Virus record (IMG/VR): IMGVR_UViG_3300030202_002990
Coordinates: 18,354-82,353 of that record
Source: a virus
Strand: one strand, 5' to 3'
DNA length: 64,000 bases
A program made the position numbers and the translations under genes. This document shows, piece after piece, positions 10,349 through 20,994 of the stretch. The notes beneath the pieces were generated by a model that saw only the letters and a list, made by a program, of their open reading frames with translations, searched no databases and was not told where the DNA came from. Position 1 is the stretch's first letter. Each line of letters starts with the position of its first letter.

Positions 10349-12483
10349 TACATACCCGATTCTACTTTGACATAAAAATTTCTATTACCATTTACCAATA
10401 CTTGTTGGTTTTGGTCATTATCAGGTTGAGGGTCAAATGATGGTTGTGTAAAATCAGGATCATCAAAAAAACCGATAAAAGTATTTATATCAGAATTACC
10501 CATCGTCTTGGCCTTAATATTTATGAATTGATTACCAACAAAATTCATTTGTTGAAATGCCGTATCATTTGTGCTTTCGTATTCAGTCGCCTGTGGATTA
10601 CCGAATTTAACAAAACTACCTGCCAGTCCTTCTTGAAAATCAATCGGACTATTGTATAGTTTAATTGTGAATGAAGTACCATCACTATTAGAATCATCAT
10701 TTGAGTCATCTGATGAATCATCCGAATCATCGGTTTGCTCTTCTTGTTCCTCTTCTTGTTCACCAAAGTTACCTAAGAATTGTGGTTCTCCCATATCTTG
10801 AGTAGGTAATGAAACTGCCGTAGAAATTCCATTAGATAAACTATTCAATTCATAGTTCGGGCCGACTGGAAATTGATTTATAGTGGTTGAGGGTAGGAGT
10901 ACATCTGCTGGTAACCAACTTCCATCGTAGGCGTCATCAATTATGTTTCCTTCACCATCTACTTCGGGTACCTGTCCAAGTGCACTTCTAAGTAACGATA
11001 CGGCATCAGAAGAAACGATATGTCGTCTGTATCCGTTTTGTATGTACCACCTTGAACCTGCACCTGCTGCCTCGAATCTGGTCAATGATTTGATTGGAGC
11101 TCCACCATTACCATTCCATTTTATTATCCTACCATCCAATTGACTTTGACCGACAGATGGTGAAGCATCAGCTGGTGGTGTTGATATTCCAAGTTCTACA
11201 AAATCTAATATCCTACCACTTGGTGTTCTAATCTCAGTAATTTCTTTTTGAAAGTTTGGTGTAAATACATATACACTCGGAGCATATGAACCTTCCGTGT
11301 CGTAATTATGTGATGCAGTTGAATCCTTTGATGCTTCTTTTGTATGACCACATCCAAACTCCCAATAAAATTGTACTCCATTTGTATTTGGGTTGAATTC
11401 TTCTCCATCTTTGGTATACATTGTGAAGTTGACTTGTTTAGTATCAGTTACACTAACTACTTGAATATATAATTCAGGTATTCCATCTTCTGCACTATAC
11501 TCTGAATTTTCTTGTGTATCAGGTCTTGTTTCATATCCAACTATATATGCTTTTTTAATAGTTATGGTGGAACCAATCATAAAATCTTTAAAACCTTCAT
11601 CTTCCACTTCTCGTCTGACATTAAACTCTAATCTTGAACTATCGGGTCCTGTCCAACTTATCTGACCACCACCATCTTGGGTTGGTAAATTTCTATTTGG
11701 TTCATTTTGACCAAATAAGTTCCAATGTAACTTTCCAAAATCAGCCTTCTTTGTAATATTATCTTCAAATTGTAATCTTGGTCTCCACCATTTTGACAAA
11801 CCATCATCAGGATTATCCCTTATCGTTCTCCAAGCATTTAATAAACCACCATCTCCATCTATATATTCAGTCCAAGCAGTTTCAGGTATATACCTTTTTG
11901 GTTCTATTAATTCTCTAAATTCTTTTATATAATTTGAATTGTTTATTAACTGAGGGACTATTCTAATTTCTGTTCGTGATGGTGATATTTCATCTATTTT
12001 GAACTTCCATTCTTTAATATCAAGTGGTTGTGCATCTTGACCATTAGCAGGTGGATTCTCACCTACAAAGGCATTACCTTCACTATCGGTGTGAAATTGT
12101 CCCATTGGTACACCTGTTAGTGCAGGATTACCACTATGAATTATATTTGGTTGACCACTTACAGTTTTTGTCAATACTATATCATTACCACCAGCAACTT
12201 TTCTAACAAAATGATAACGAACTTGAAATTCACCACGATTGTAATCTCTATCTCTTAAATCTTGACCAATATTAAGAATTATCGTATCATCCTCAAAAGT
12301 AGTATGAGTGGAATTAAATTTTTCTAAGAAATTCTCATCGGTATCCAAAAGGTGAACTTCAACATAGTCATCTGTTGATTGACCAAACGGTGGATTCAGA
12401 TATCCACTAGCACCCAATACTTCCTTAGATTCTTTTTTTAACTCTCTATAGTCGTTATCGTTTAGTGGTGTGTTTATTCTCAT
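10348..12483 (-). CDS. Virion protein with PKD-like domain
   Basis: 'FYWEFGCGHT...ASHNYDTEGSYAPSVYV' PKD motif, 'EISPSRTEIRI' motif, acidic linker. Confidence 0.55.
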   Translation of the reverse strand: MRINTPLNDNDYRELKKESKEVLGASGYLNPPFGQSTDDYVEVHLLDTDENFLEKFNSTHTTFEDDTIILNIGQDLRDRDYNRGEFQVRYHFVRKVAGGNDIVLTKTVSGQPNIIHSGNPALTGVPMGQFHTDSEGNAFVGENPPANGQDAQPLDIKEWKFKIDEISPSRTEIRIVPQLINNSNYIKEFRELIEPKRYIPETAWTEYIDGDGGLLNAWRTIRDNPDDGLSKWWRPRLQFEDNITKKADFGKLHWNLFGQNEPNRNLPTQDGGGQISWTGPDSSRLEFNVRREVEDEGFKDFMIGSTITIKKAYIVGYETRPDTQENSEYSAEDGIPELYIQVVSVTDTKQVNFTMYTKDGEEFNPNTNGVQFYWEFGCGHTKEASKDSTASHNYDTEGSYAPSVYVFTPNFQKEITEIRTPSGRILDFVELGISTPPADASPSVGQSQLDGRIIKWNGNGGAPIKSLTRFEAAGAGSRWYIQNGYRRHIVSSDAVSLLRSALGQVPEVDGEGNIIDDAYDGSWLPADVLLPSTTINQFPVGPNYELNSLSNGISTAVSLPTQDMGEPQFLGNFGEQEEEQEEQTDDSDDSSDDSNDDSNSDGTSFTIKLYNSPIDFQEGLAGSFVKFGNPQATEYESTNDTAFQQMNFVGNQFINIKAKTMGNSDINTFIGFFDDPDFTQPSFDPQPDNDQNQQVLVNGNRNFYVKVESGM

Positions 12484-12809
12484 AATTCTTCAAATTCTCG
12501 ATTAAGTATATCATTCCATACTGGGTCGGTAGAATAGACAGTTGTTTTTTTAGAAATTTTAATTAGTTGGTCTTCTTCTTCTAAGTTTTTTCCTTCCTCA
12601 AATGGATCCTCAACTGCTATAAAAACACCAGCATCATTTCTTAAAGGTGGTGTTGCTTCGTTGATAATTATTTGGTCGTTTTCAGTAACCACTACGCCCC
12701 CACTCAACTTTCGTCTCTGTTCTAATTCATTAAGATATGTTTGCCTATCTTGTTCTCTTAACTTTTGATAGAATTCACTTTTTTGTAATTCTTCTTTTGT
12801 TAAAGGCAT
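12480..12809 (-). CDS. Hypothetical phage protein
   Basis: Overlap-coupled ORF within the structural operon. Confidence 0.55.
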   Translation of the reverse strand: MPLTKEELQKSEFYQKLREQDRQTYLNELEQRRKLSGGVVVTENDQIIINEATPPLRNDAGVFIAVEDPFEEGKNLEEEDQLIKISKKTTVYSTDPVWNDILNREFEEL

Positions 12810-13111
12810 TAATCCATCTCCAAACCAAAAAATTCATAATTCTTTTTAATATATTTATTCCATTCTGCAGGAACTTCACTTTCCTCAAAGATTGCCTCTA
12901 CTGGACATTCGGGTTCACAGGCTCCACAATCAATACACTCATCAGGATTTATGTAAAGTGAATCAGTTTCTTTTGGTATAAATCCATCTACTTTTGCCTC
13001 TTCACCACTTCCCTCAACATCATATGGGCCATGGATACAATCTACAGGACAAACCTCTACACATGCTGTATCACAAGTTCCAACACAAGGTTCAGCTATA
13101 ATATATGACAT
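12809..13111 (-). CDS. Ferredoxin, dicluster (7Fe/8Fe, FdxA-like)
   Basis: [19 protein letters not shown] and [23 protein letters not shown] motifs. SD AGGAG upstream. Confidence 0.92.
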   Translation of the reverse strand: MSYIIAEPCVGTCDTACVEVCPVDCIHGPYDVEGSGEEAKVDGFIPKETDSLYINPDECIDCGACEPECPVEAIFEESEVPAEWNKYIKKNYEFFGLEMD

Positions 13112-13121
13112 TTTAACTCCT

Positions 13122-14240
13122 TTATTTTACTACTTTGAATGATGGTAGGTAATTGAAAAACTGTATTGTCTCATCTGCAGTACCACTACCACTTATAATT
13201 TTATAATCAACACGATAAAATCTATCAGCTAATAATGGTTTTAAATGTAGATTAAAATAATTACCGGTAGAATCACAACTAACTTTTGAACCACTACCAT
13301 ATGGTATGATAATATCATCTGTAAAAACATCAACCACTTGATAAAATGTACTACCACTCGGTAACATTTTTGCAGTATTATATCCTGTTGAATATCCAGC
13401 TGTGGCTGAAAAAGTTTTTTCAGGATACAATGGTCTACCAGCAACTCTAAACTTTACTTTCGAATCTTCTTTATATTGGTCTCTCAAACTTCTTGGATAT
13501 AATTTAACATCTTCAAGTTCCGTTGAAGTCAAATATTCTAATGAACCACTATTCCATTTAGAATCATCCCAAACAGCCTCTAACTTAGGTTGGTAAATCG
13601 TATGGGTTTCTCTACTGAAAAATGAAAAGTTACCAAGTGCCTTAGATGTACCTTCATCAAGTGTAGAGTCTAAATTACCAATACTTCCACTTCTTTTGAC
13701 CATAAAACCATCATTCTCTATGTTTCCATGTAACCACTGCCAAACAATGTTAGAAACATCCATACGAACATCAGATGCTTGGTTAGAAAAAGATTGTGAG
13801 GCTTCGTATTGATTGTACCAAGTACCACCCGAACCAGTCATAGAACCTGTCCACATGGTTTTGACATCATTGTTATCACGGAAATTATAACTGGCACCAT
13901 CTGTAATTATTGGGAAACTATCTTCCCTACCAAATCCATTGTCCCAAGATTGACTTACTGGATATGCATATAAATTTTGATTAACATTTAAACCATTAGA
14001 ATTTGCATCATATAAATTTAAATAAAATTTTGTGTACGAACTTGAAGGTATCAATCCACTTGATACAGAAGATGAAATATAAGTTGTATCAAATTTTATC
14101 AACACTCGACTTATACCTTGTACAACACCAGCTGCACTTACATCCTTTACTACTTCTATTATCTCATCTATACCTGTATTTTGACTTCCACTACGAGAAT
14201 ATAGTGTTGTGTCTTTTTCAGCGTATTCAAAATAATGCAT
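13122..14240 (-). CDS. Virion structural protein (DNRLRE/disaggregatase-like beta domain)
   Basis: 'KDTTLYS...NTG.DE...SRVLIKFD' and 'FFSRET..IYQPKL' pattern, in the baseplate module. Confidence 0.5.
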   Translation of the reverse strand: MHYFEYAEKDTTLYSRSGSQNTGIDEIIEVVKDVSAAGVVQGISRVLIKFDTTYISSSVSSGLIPSSSYTKFYLNLYDANSNGLNVNQNLYAYPVSQSWDNGFGREDSFPIITDGASYNFRDNNDVKTMWTGSMTGSGGTWYNQYEASQSFSNQASDVRMDVSNIVWQWLHGNIENDGFMVKRSGSIGNLDSTLDEGTSKALGNFSFFSRETHTIYQPKLEAVWDDSKWNSGSLEYLTSTELEDVKLYPRSLRDQYKEDSKVKFRVAGRPLYPEKTFSATAGYSTGYNTAKMLPSGSTFYQVVDVFTDDIIIPYGSGSKVSCDSTGNYFNLHLKPLLADRFYRVDYKIISGSGTADETIQFFNYLPSFKVVK

Positions 14241-14250
14241 CTATGGTCTC

Positions 14251-16236
14251 CTACAATTTATTCCCAATTGAATCGCCAATTGACCGTGCCTCCACATCAA
14301 TATTTGGGTATTTCAATTCGAATATACTTGGGTCAAGTGATGGATAAACTATACCATCTTTGGTTGCGTAATTTATATCGTAAATATTACCTGAGTAACC
14401 ATCTGCAGTACTGAACTTGTTAGTAATCAATACTGGTACATTTTTAGGATTATCAACCGTAGGTGGAACTATCGCACCTACACCTTCAACGATAGATAAT
14501 TCATATGCCAACTCTTGTAAAACAATTGGTTGGTTAACTTGCCACCTATCTATTTGGAAAAAATCTTTCACCTTTTGTATAACTTGTAATGATACTTGGT
14601 CTTTATTGAATCCAGTACGACATATAAAATTTACTTTTAATCCAATATTAATAATATATGCATCTTTTATATTGACCGCATCCGTCATTAATCTATATTG
14701 TGAAAGATATGTTTTTAAATTTTCTTTTACTGCTAAATTTAAAGTAGTTAATTTTTTACCAGCTGTATATCCAAGAGTGTATAAATTAAGTGCATTTGGA
14801 TTAGGTAATCTATTAGAAGAAGCAGCATCTTGTGACTTAAGTTGGTCAAGGTTTCTTTCATCCATAAAAAGATTAGACTTGACTTCTTTTTGCATTGTTG
14901 GTATATTCAATTGTTCATCTTGAACAATGTATGCCTTTGCTATAGCTCCAAATTTAGGTGGTAATGCATATACCCTTGTTATGTAATCTTCACGAGTTAC
15001 ACTCCTACCTTGAGCCTGAAAGTAAGCTAAAGCATTTTCTTTTAGTTCTTCTGTTGTTTCTGCACCTTTACCACCATTAGCTGGAAATGGATTTGTTACT
15101 GCTACAGAATCTTTAACTGTTGCGACCAATCCAGCATTTAAACTTGTTTCATCTAATGTTAATGATATTTCTGATAAATTAGAAATACTATCTTGGGTAG
15201 CGTTATCACCTAATCCACCACCATGAGAATATTTTATTGTAAGTATTGTGTTTGATGGTGATTGACCATAAGCTTCTGTTTTTAAAAAGTTAGATGGGTC
15301 AAAGTATGTATCTAAATAAGTTGGACTACCAGGTAATGATGAACCTACATTACTTGGATTTGGTACTATTTCTTCATCAAACGAATCACTTACACCTGCC
15401 CCAAATCTTAATTCAGTTCTACTATCAGCCCTTATAAAAGTTTTAAATCGTCTTGGAGTTTTTAGAAGTTTTAAAAGGTATGGTGCTTCATCACTATATT
15501 GTGATAGTTCAGAATCATTAGCTGCAGTATTTTGTACAGAATCAAACAATGTGTCTTGTGCTAAAAATGGAACCTCTTTCCAAGTATTACCATCACTATC
15601 TGTACAAGATATTATTTCTAATACATTCTCACTTCCTAATATAATCCTTTGATACTTTTTAGCACTTCCAAAACTAAATTGTTCTTCAACAACCGTTCCA
15701 CTTACAACACCTACCGTTTTCTTTAGTAGATAAAAAGTTGGGGCCGTTCCTGATGTTTCATAAATACTTACCGTGGTTGGGTCAAAAGAACTTGAGTAAG
15801 AAAAGTTGACATTTTCTCTTATCCTAAATGTAGTTGTACCAGTAGAAGCCAATGTTCCTTCATTAACTTGTAGTGCATAATTGTAATTAGGTCTCACATT
15901 AACACCCGTACCAACTGCTGGTACTATTTGAAATATATCAAGGTTGGTAAATGACGGAGACGACAACTTAGGTTTGTATCCAAAGGATTGTGCCATTTCA
16001 AATAAAGTTTTTGTGTCTTCTGCATAAGCTAATAATTGTTCTTTGAATTGTGAATCTACATAGTAAGACAACACATCACCAACATAAGATGCCATCTCAA
16101 TAAACATCATACCAGGTGATGCTTCATTAAAATCATTATATGTGTTTGGATAGTATTGTTTTGCAAAATCGATTAAATCAGAACGAAATCCTGAAAAATC
16201 TTTGTTTAAATATCTTACTTCTTTTTGTGCTGGCAT
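14251..16236 (-). CDS. Baseplate wedge subunit (T4 gp6 / baseplate J-like)
   Basis: YLNKDFSGFRSDL...YNDFNEASPGMMFIEMASYVGDVLSYY and GG..AET.EE....A...F.AQ.R.VTREDY. Confidence 0.85.
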   Translation of the reverse strand: MPAQKEVRYLNKDFSGFRSDLIDFAKQYYPNTYNDFNEASPGMMFIEMASYVGDVLSYYVDSQFKEQLLAYAEDTKTLFEMAQSFGYKPKLSSPSFTNLDIFQIVPAVGTGVNVRPNYNYALQVNEGTLASTGTTTFRIRENVNFSYSSSFDPTTVSIYETSGTAPTFYLLKKTVGVVSGTVVEEQFSFGSAKKYQRIILGSENVLEIISCTDSDGNTWKEVPFLAQDTLFDSVQNTAANDSELSQYSDEAPYLLKLLKTPRRFKTFIRADSRTELRFGAGVSDSFDEEIVPNPSNVGSSLPGSPTYLDTYFDPSNFLKTEAYGQSPSNTILTIKYSHGGGLGDNATQDSISNLSEISLTLDETSLNAGLVATVKDSVAVTNPFPANGGKGAETTEELKENALAYFQAQGRSVTREDYITRVYALPPKFGAIAKAYIVQDEQLNIPTMQKEVKSNLFMDERNLDQLKSQDAASSNRLPNPNALNLYTLGYTAGKKLTTLNLAVKENLKTYLSQYRLMTDAVNIKDAYIINIGLKVNFICRTGFNKDQVSLQVIQKVKDFFQIDRWQVNQPIVLQELAYELSIVEGVGAIVPPTVDNPKNVPVLITNKFSTADGYSGNIYDINYATKDGIVYPSLDPSIFELKYPNIDVEARSIGDSIGNKL

Positions 16237-16246
16237 CTATGTTCTC

Positions 16247-16663
16247 CTATTCACCTACAAGAAAATTCAGAGTTATCACTTCGTGTACTGTTGGTTGTAT
16301 TGCTAAAGCAAATTCAATAAGTATGTTTAATTGGTGTGGTTCGGCCTCATCCCTTTCCACACTTATATTATTTATAGTAACATGAGGTAACCAAAAGGCT
16401 ATCGACTCTTCTATTTCAGACCTAACAGATTCTAATAAATCATCACTCATCGGTTCGAACAAAACTTGTAACAAACCACATCCAAATTCAGGTTGTCCAA
16501 CTCGTTCACCTTTATTAGTAAGTAATAAATTTCTTATATTACTACTTGTTTGAGTTAGGGTTGTTGATGTGCCAGGAAAGAAACCTGAACCATTTATGTG
16601 ATCCATTGGTAGAGATATACCAATTTTCACATCAGGGTTTAAGTCTTTTTCTAATACGGACAA
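16247..16663 (-). CDS. Baseplate gp25/GPW-like protein
   Basis: NIRNLLLTNKGERVGQPEFGCGL..LFEP...I..WLPHV motif. Confidence 0.88.
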   Translation of the reverse strand: MSVLEKDLNPDVKIGISLPMDHINGSGFFPGTSTTLTQTSSNIRNLLLTNKGERVGQPEFGCGLLQVLFEPMSDDLLESVRSEIEESIAFWLPHVTINNISVERDEAEPHQLNILIEFALAIQPTVHEVITLNFLVGE

Positions 16664-16673
16664 CTAATTTCTC

Positions 16674-17204
16674 CTATGGACGATAATTCGTCCCACCATC
16701 TTTCTTTTTATTTATTGCTTTCATCAAACCACTATAATCCCTTGTGAGTGCATTTACAACATCGTCACCTACTTGTTCAGAACTTACACCTTGTGCCTTT
16801 AACGATTCAACCGCTCCAACTTGTCTTCTCTTTTCTTTACCTTGTTCTGTATTCGCCATCATTGGATTTCCACCCATCAATTCATGTACTCTATCAGATG
16901 TATAAGTTCCACCACCCATTGTTGGATATTCGGAATCACCTTGTGGAATACCACCGGCCGTTTCGTTCAAGATTCTATTGAGAGATTCATTCTTCGTATA
17001 TTCTTTATACTCCCTTTTCTTGGGTTTTGGTTGTGTGTATTCTTGTTCTGCTATTTGAGTTAAAGAGGATGAGATTTCATCTTTTTCTACGGAACGATTA
17101 GCTAAAGCTTTCTTTCCTTCATTAATAAATATCTCATTTACCTGTTTATTAACTTCTTTACGAACTAATCTCTCTATTATCTTTATTAGTTCTTGTTTCT
17201 TCAT
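16674..17204 (-). CDS. Hypothetical phage protein
   Basis: ORF with SD in the structural operon. Confidence 0.55.
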   Translation of the reverse strand: MKKQELIKIIERLVRKEVNKQVNEIFINEGKKALANRSVEKDEISSSLTQIAEQEYTQPKPKKREYKEYTKNESLNRILNETAGGIPQGDSEYPTMGGGTYTSDRVHELMGGNPMMANTEQGKEKRRQVGAVESLKAQGVSSEQVGDDVVNALTRDYSGLMKAINKKKDGGTNYRP

Positions 17205-17218
17205 TATAGACTCCTATT

Positions 17219-17791
17219 CTATATTATTGTACTACTGATTATACCTGGTATAACAGCTGGTGGTTTGGTAACCACTCCTGTAAAAACTGTAGCTAAAAAA
17301 GATGCAGTAATTATGGTTGCCATACTATCACAAACATCTTCTATACTTCCACCACCCATTCCAACTGCTACGGCTGGTGCTAATATTGGTGGAACTGACA
17401 TTAAACTTGTTCCTACTGCTGAATGAGCTGGTGTTCCAAAATTTATCATTAAAGCTGCGGCAGATATGATACCTGTTGTTATCTGTGTCATCGTTGGGTC
17501 TTCCACATTAAAACTACCCAATATTGCTGCCTTTAATGGGGCCTTAGCTCCTCCAACACCACTTACCTTTAACTTCAAACCTAACGATGTAGGATCGGGT
17601 ACAGGTACCGCAGGTGGAGCAGGTGTTAATGCTGGACTACCAATTGGTATTATCTCAGCATCTTTCATAAAATCTATTATGGCCGTTGACATTCCCTCGG
17701 CCGATTCTGATTTACTTGATTCACCATCTTGTGCTAGTTTACTATAATTATCAATTAATCCTTGTTTAAGTTTTTTTTTATCCAGTCCCAC
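17219..17791 (-). CDS. Putative baseplate spike-associated protein
   Basis: Pro/Gly/Ala-rich, immediately downstream of the hub/spike gene. Confidence 0.4.
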   Translation of the reverse strand: MGLDKKKLKQGLIDNYSKLAQDGESSKSESAEGMSTAIIDFMKDAEIIPIGSPALTPAPPAVPVPDPTSLGLKLKVSGVGGAKAPLKAAILGSFNVEDPTMTQITTGIISAAALMINFGTPAHSAVGTSLMSVPPILAPAVAVGMGGGSIEDVCDSMATIITASFLATVFTGVVTKPPAVIPGIISSTII

Positions 17792-19356
17792 TAAACATCC
17801 ACTTTTGTTAATATGTTACATATTCTTGCCCGTATGGTCTCCACTCCAGCCTCCCATGCAGCCATTGCTGGTTGATTTGTTGGGCCACTACTGATTGGGC
17901 CACTTGGGCCTGCACCAGTTGCTATACCTGTCAAACTAAGAATTGTGCTTCCTAATTCAACAAATGAATTACAAACACTATCCAATAAATCTGCTAACTC
18001 CTCACCATAAACCAAATGTTGTTCCTTAACATCATCACGACCTTTTATGTATATAACAGCTTCATCATTACTACCACCTATTTTAAAGTAACTTCCGTTG
18101 TCGGTGTATAATCCTGCACAATCATCAAGGTGAACATTTGCACCTTTACAACTTTCTAAATGTGCTTTATCATCAAGTGTTAAAAAAGATGGACATTCAC
18201 TTGACAAATATATTACATCAGGTCCTCCTTCTTTACCACCCTCTCCCAAATCTAATCTTGAATTACCAGGTGTTATCAAACTAATACCACCAGGTCTCAT
18301 ATCCATTGATGTGGCACCACCTGTATTAATATTCATTCCATCATCAGCATCGACTGTAAATGCTTTCTTGGTTGAGAATCCAATACCATCGTGACTAAAT
18401 CCAAGTATCTTTCCTCGTTTAGTATTGAATGTAATTCTATCTGAATTTATTGTTATTTGTTTACCACCAAGATTTGGTTGGTCATCTTCATGAAATGATG
18501 ACATATAAGAATGGTCATCAGCATTAGTTTCCTCTATATCAAGATTTACCTTTTGGTCTGTAGTCATCCATATTGAACTACCATCTGAATTTATGTTTTC
18601 TTCTGCAGGTTTGAAGTTTGTATCTTCAAGTTCTTGCCTTAAATTTTGTTCATCGAATAACTGAGCATCTGTTAGTTGTCCAACTCTCATCAATATGTTT
18701 GGAGAGTCTTGAGTAGATGTATCGTCTCCGTGTGCACCTTCAACTATTGCACTTCCAAATCTTATTGTATTACCAAATCTACCTTCAAGGGTCACATCAC
18801 CTTCTCTTGGTATTAATCTTCGTACTTTTTCATCATTACCAAAGTCTTTGTTTGCCTCAAAAAAGTCATATATGAAATCATCATCTATCATTTTTTGGTC
18901 TCTAAAACCACTTGTACCTGGTATTATATTTGCATTAACACTACCTAACATTGATACAACAGGTAAATAATAATGATTATTTAAATATTTTACAATAACC
19001 ACATGCTCATTTCTTAATGGCATCTTTGTCATGTTCATATCAAGAGGTTGATATATTTTTAATTTTGCAACAATCTTATCTTTTTCAGATTGGTGTGGTC
19101 TTGCCTTGATACAACCCAACAATCCCCAAATCTTTTCACCTTTGTCATTTTCAGGTAATTTTTCTTCGGAATCAAAAACTTCTAAGACTTCTGCTATTTC
19201 AAGTTCATAGTATTCCCAACCTTTGGGGTTTTGTGTATTTGACTTTACTATCTGTCTAACACGACCTTGTGTTGGCACTCCACTACCATCTTTATCATAT
19301 GTAGTTTTTTTAGGGCCCGAATCAGAATATTCCGAGCTTGGTGTCCAATGACCCAT
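17791..19356 (-). CDS. Baseplate hub / central spike (gp5/VgrG-like)
   Basis: N-terminal OB-like region (MPLRNEHVVI), 'EGDVTLEGRFGNTIRFGS', 'GKQITINSDRITFN' beta-helix region, C-terminal 'LVYGEEL...TGAGPSGP'. Confidence 0.7.
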   Translation of the reverse strand: MGHWTPSSEYSDSGPKKTTYDKDGSGVPTQGRVRQIVKSNTQNPKGWEYYELEIAEVLEVFDSEEKLPENDKGEKIWGLLGCIKARPHQSEKDKIVAKLKIYQPLDMNMTKMPLRNEHVVIVKYLNNHYYLPVVSMLGSVNANIIPGTSGFRDQKMIDDDFIYDFFEANKDFGNDEKVRRLIPREGDVTLEGRFGNTIRFGSAIVEGAHGDDTSTQDSPNILMRVGQLTDAQLFDEQNLRQELEDTNFKPAEENINSDGSSIWMTTDQKVNLDIEETNADDHSYMSSFHEDDQPNLGGKQITINSDRITFNTKRGKILGFSHDGIGFSTKKAFTVDADDGMNINTGGATSMDMRPGGISLITPGNSRLDLGEGGKEGGPDVIYLSSECPSFLTLDDKAHLESCKGANVHLDDCAGLYTDNGSYFKIGGSNDEAVIYIKGRDDVKEQHLVYGEELADLLDSVCNSFVELGSTILSLTGIATGAGPSGPISSGPTNQPAMAAWEAGVETIRARICNILTKVDV

Positions 19357-19749
19357 TTAGTTTCCTTTGACTTTTTCTACTTCGTCTGTTATTTCGTCTG
19401 TCTTACTTTGTAAATCTACTACAACATCATCAATACTTTTCAGTAATTGCTCTTTTTCATTATCCGATAATCCAAACTCCGCCTCTGCTCCACCCTTATT
19501 TTCGTTGGCTATTATTCTCTGAACAATACCAGCAAGTTTAACGAGTTGTTCATCATTTTTCACATTTATTTCTAAATATTCTTTAATCATTGGGATTAGT
19601 TGAACGGCCATATCCCCATCTTTGATGAATCCTGTAACTTCCTTTACCAATACCTCGAGCTGGTGTTTATTATGTTTGGAATTATTATATATATCTTCAA
19701 ATAGTGATGATAGTGATTTACCTTTAAACAGTTCATATTCAGTTGACAT
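19357..19749 (-). CDS. Hypothetical helical phage protein
   Basis: First ORF of the structural operon, with TATTTAT motif upstream. Confidence 0.55.
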   Translation of the reverse strand: MSTEYELFKGKSLSSLFEDIYNNSKHNKHQLEVLVKEVTGFIKDGDMAVQLIPMIKEYLEINVKNDEQLVKLAGIVQRIIANENKGGAEAEFGLSDNEKEQLLKSIDDVVVDLQSKTDEITDEVEKVKGN

Positions 19750-19954
19750 ATCTAATCCTATGTTGTTTATTGGTACAATAACTCATAAATAAATAGTAAA
19801 AACTCCCAAAGTTGATTCATATATATAGCTTAATGAAAGTTTTTAAATTAGAATATTTATATATACTCGGGCAAAGTGTCCGAGTACAGAACTGAGGAAG
19901 TTAAATATCCCTTTTCTGTTTAGTGATAAGAAACAACAACGGGAGAAAACAACA

Positions 19955-20176
19955 ATGAAGGAAATCATAACACTCGTCAAAGGTTGGGTAGATGATTTAG
20001 CTCATCTATTAATGTCCTTTGTTGCCATTGGTGCTATATCCGAAGTAATATTCGGTACTGGTGTCTTCGGCGTTAATGTTATTGGTAACCTAACACTAAT
20101 CATAAATAAATTCGGCGAATCCGGTTTCGCTGGGTTAGTCGCTTTATTGGTGTTAGTGGGTTTATTCCGTAAATAG
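19955..20176 (+). CDS. Small two-TM membrane protein
   Basis: SD GGAG, two hydrophobic segments, own TATTTAT motif and terminator. Confidence 0.75.
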   Translation: MKEIITLVKGWVDDLAHLLMSFVAIGAISEVIFGTGVFGVNVIGNLTLIINKFGESGFAGLVALLVLVGLFRK

Positions 20177-20193
20177 CTATTATCGGTGCACAG

Positions 20194-20224
20194 AAAAGGG
20201 GGAATTCATTTCCCCCTTTTTTTT
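20194..20224. terminator. Intrinsic (likely bidirectional) terminator
   Basis: AAAAGGGGGAA-TTCAT-TTCCCCC-TTTTTTTT. Confidence 0.85.
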
Positions 20225-20315
20225 GCTTTAAATTATGTATATTATGAGTTTATAAGGATATTTATTAACGATTGATATGTTTATCAATCATAACGCGTTA
20301 TTAATGGAGAGTATT

Positions 20316-20513
20316 ATGAAAACAATACTTACAAGTATACTTTCTTTATTTATCTTTTTTGGTGCTGTTCCAACTGCTAATGCTTCAGATATGAACAATA
20401 GTGCTGGAATGGAAGAAGTCAAGAAGAAGAAAAAGAAAGGTAAGAAGATAGGTGGTAAGAAAGGGAAGAAATCTAAGAAAGGTTTTTTCTCTAAAATCTT
20501 CGGAAGTAAATAA
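20316..20513 (+). CDS. Small secreted lysine-rich peptide
   Basis: Likely start MKTILT after GGAG. Signal peptide ending ANA, mature part KKKKKKGKKIGGKKGKKSKKGFFSKIFGSK. Confidence 0.65.
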   Translation: MKTILTSILSLFIFFGAVPTANASDMNNSAGMEEVKKKKKKGKKIGGKKGKKSKKGFFSKIFGSK

Positions 20514-20522
20514 TCTTAAAAC

Positions 20523-20553
20523 AAAAAGGGGAATAAAAATTCCCCTTTTTTTT
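20523..20553. terminator. Bidirectional intrinsic terminator between convergent genes
   Basis: AAAAAGGGGAAT-AAAA-ATTCCCC-TTTTTTTT. Confidence 0.85.
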
Positions 20554-20666
20554 ATTGTTTAGAATTTAAAAAAATCCTTGTAGTCATCAGCGTAAATTTT
20601 ACCAACAGAATATAATACTACAAAAGTAATCCCTAATCCTATATATAAACCAATCATAATAACCCC

Positions 20667-20984
20667 TTATTTTAGTTGTAATTTCTGTACCCAATCAGGT
20701 ACATTCTTTTCCATGTAATGTTGTATGACAAATGCTTCTACTATATGAGTAAAAAACCAAAAGAATGTTAATAGTGGAACAAATATCTGATAATCCATAT
20801 CTAACTTACTTATACCCAACCAAGTTAAAAATATCATACCAATTGATTTGGTTAAAAATCCCATTCCACTAAATCCCAAACTCATTATACTTCCTCGTTG
20901 CATCACGATATAAATTCCTACACATAGATGCATGAGATTTAGAAACACTGGTGCTAAAACACCTAAAACAATATATTCAATCAT
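20667..20984 (-). CDS. Membrane protein (about 3 TM)
   Basis: Hydrophobic helices throughout. Confidence 0.6.
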   Translation of the reverse strand: MIEYIVLGVLAPVFLNLMHLCVGIYIVMQRGSIMSLGFSGMGFLTKSIGMIFLTWLGISKLDMDYQIFVPLLTFFWFFTHIVEAFVIQHYMEKNVPDWVQKLQLK

Positions 20985-20994
20985 CAGTACTCCG

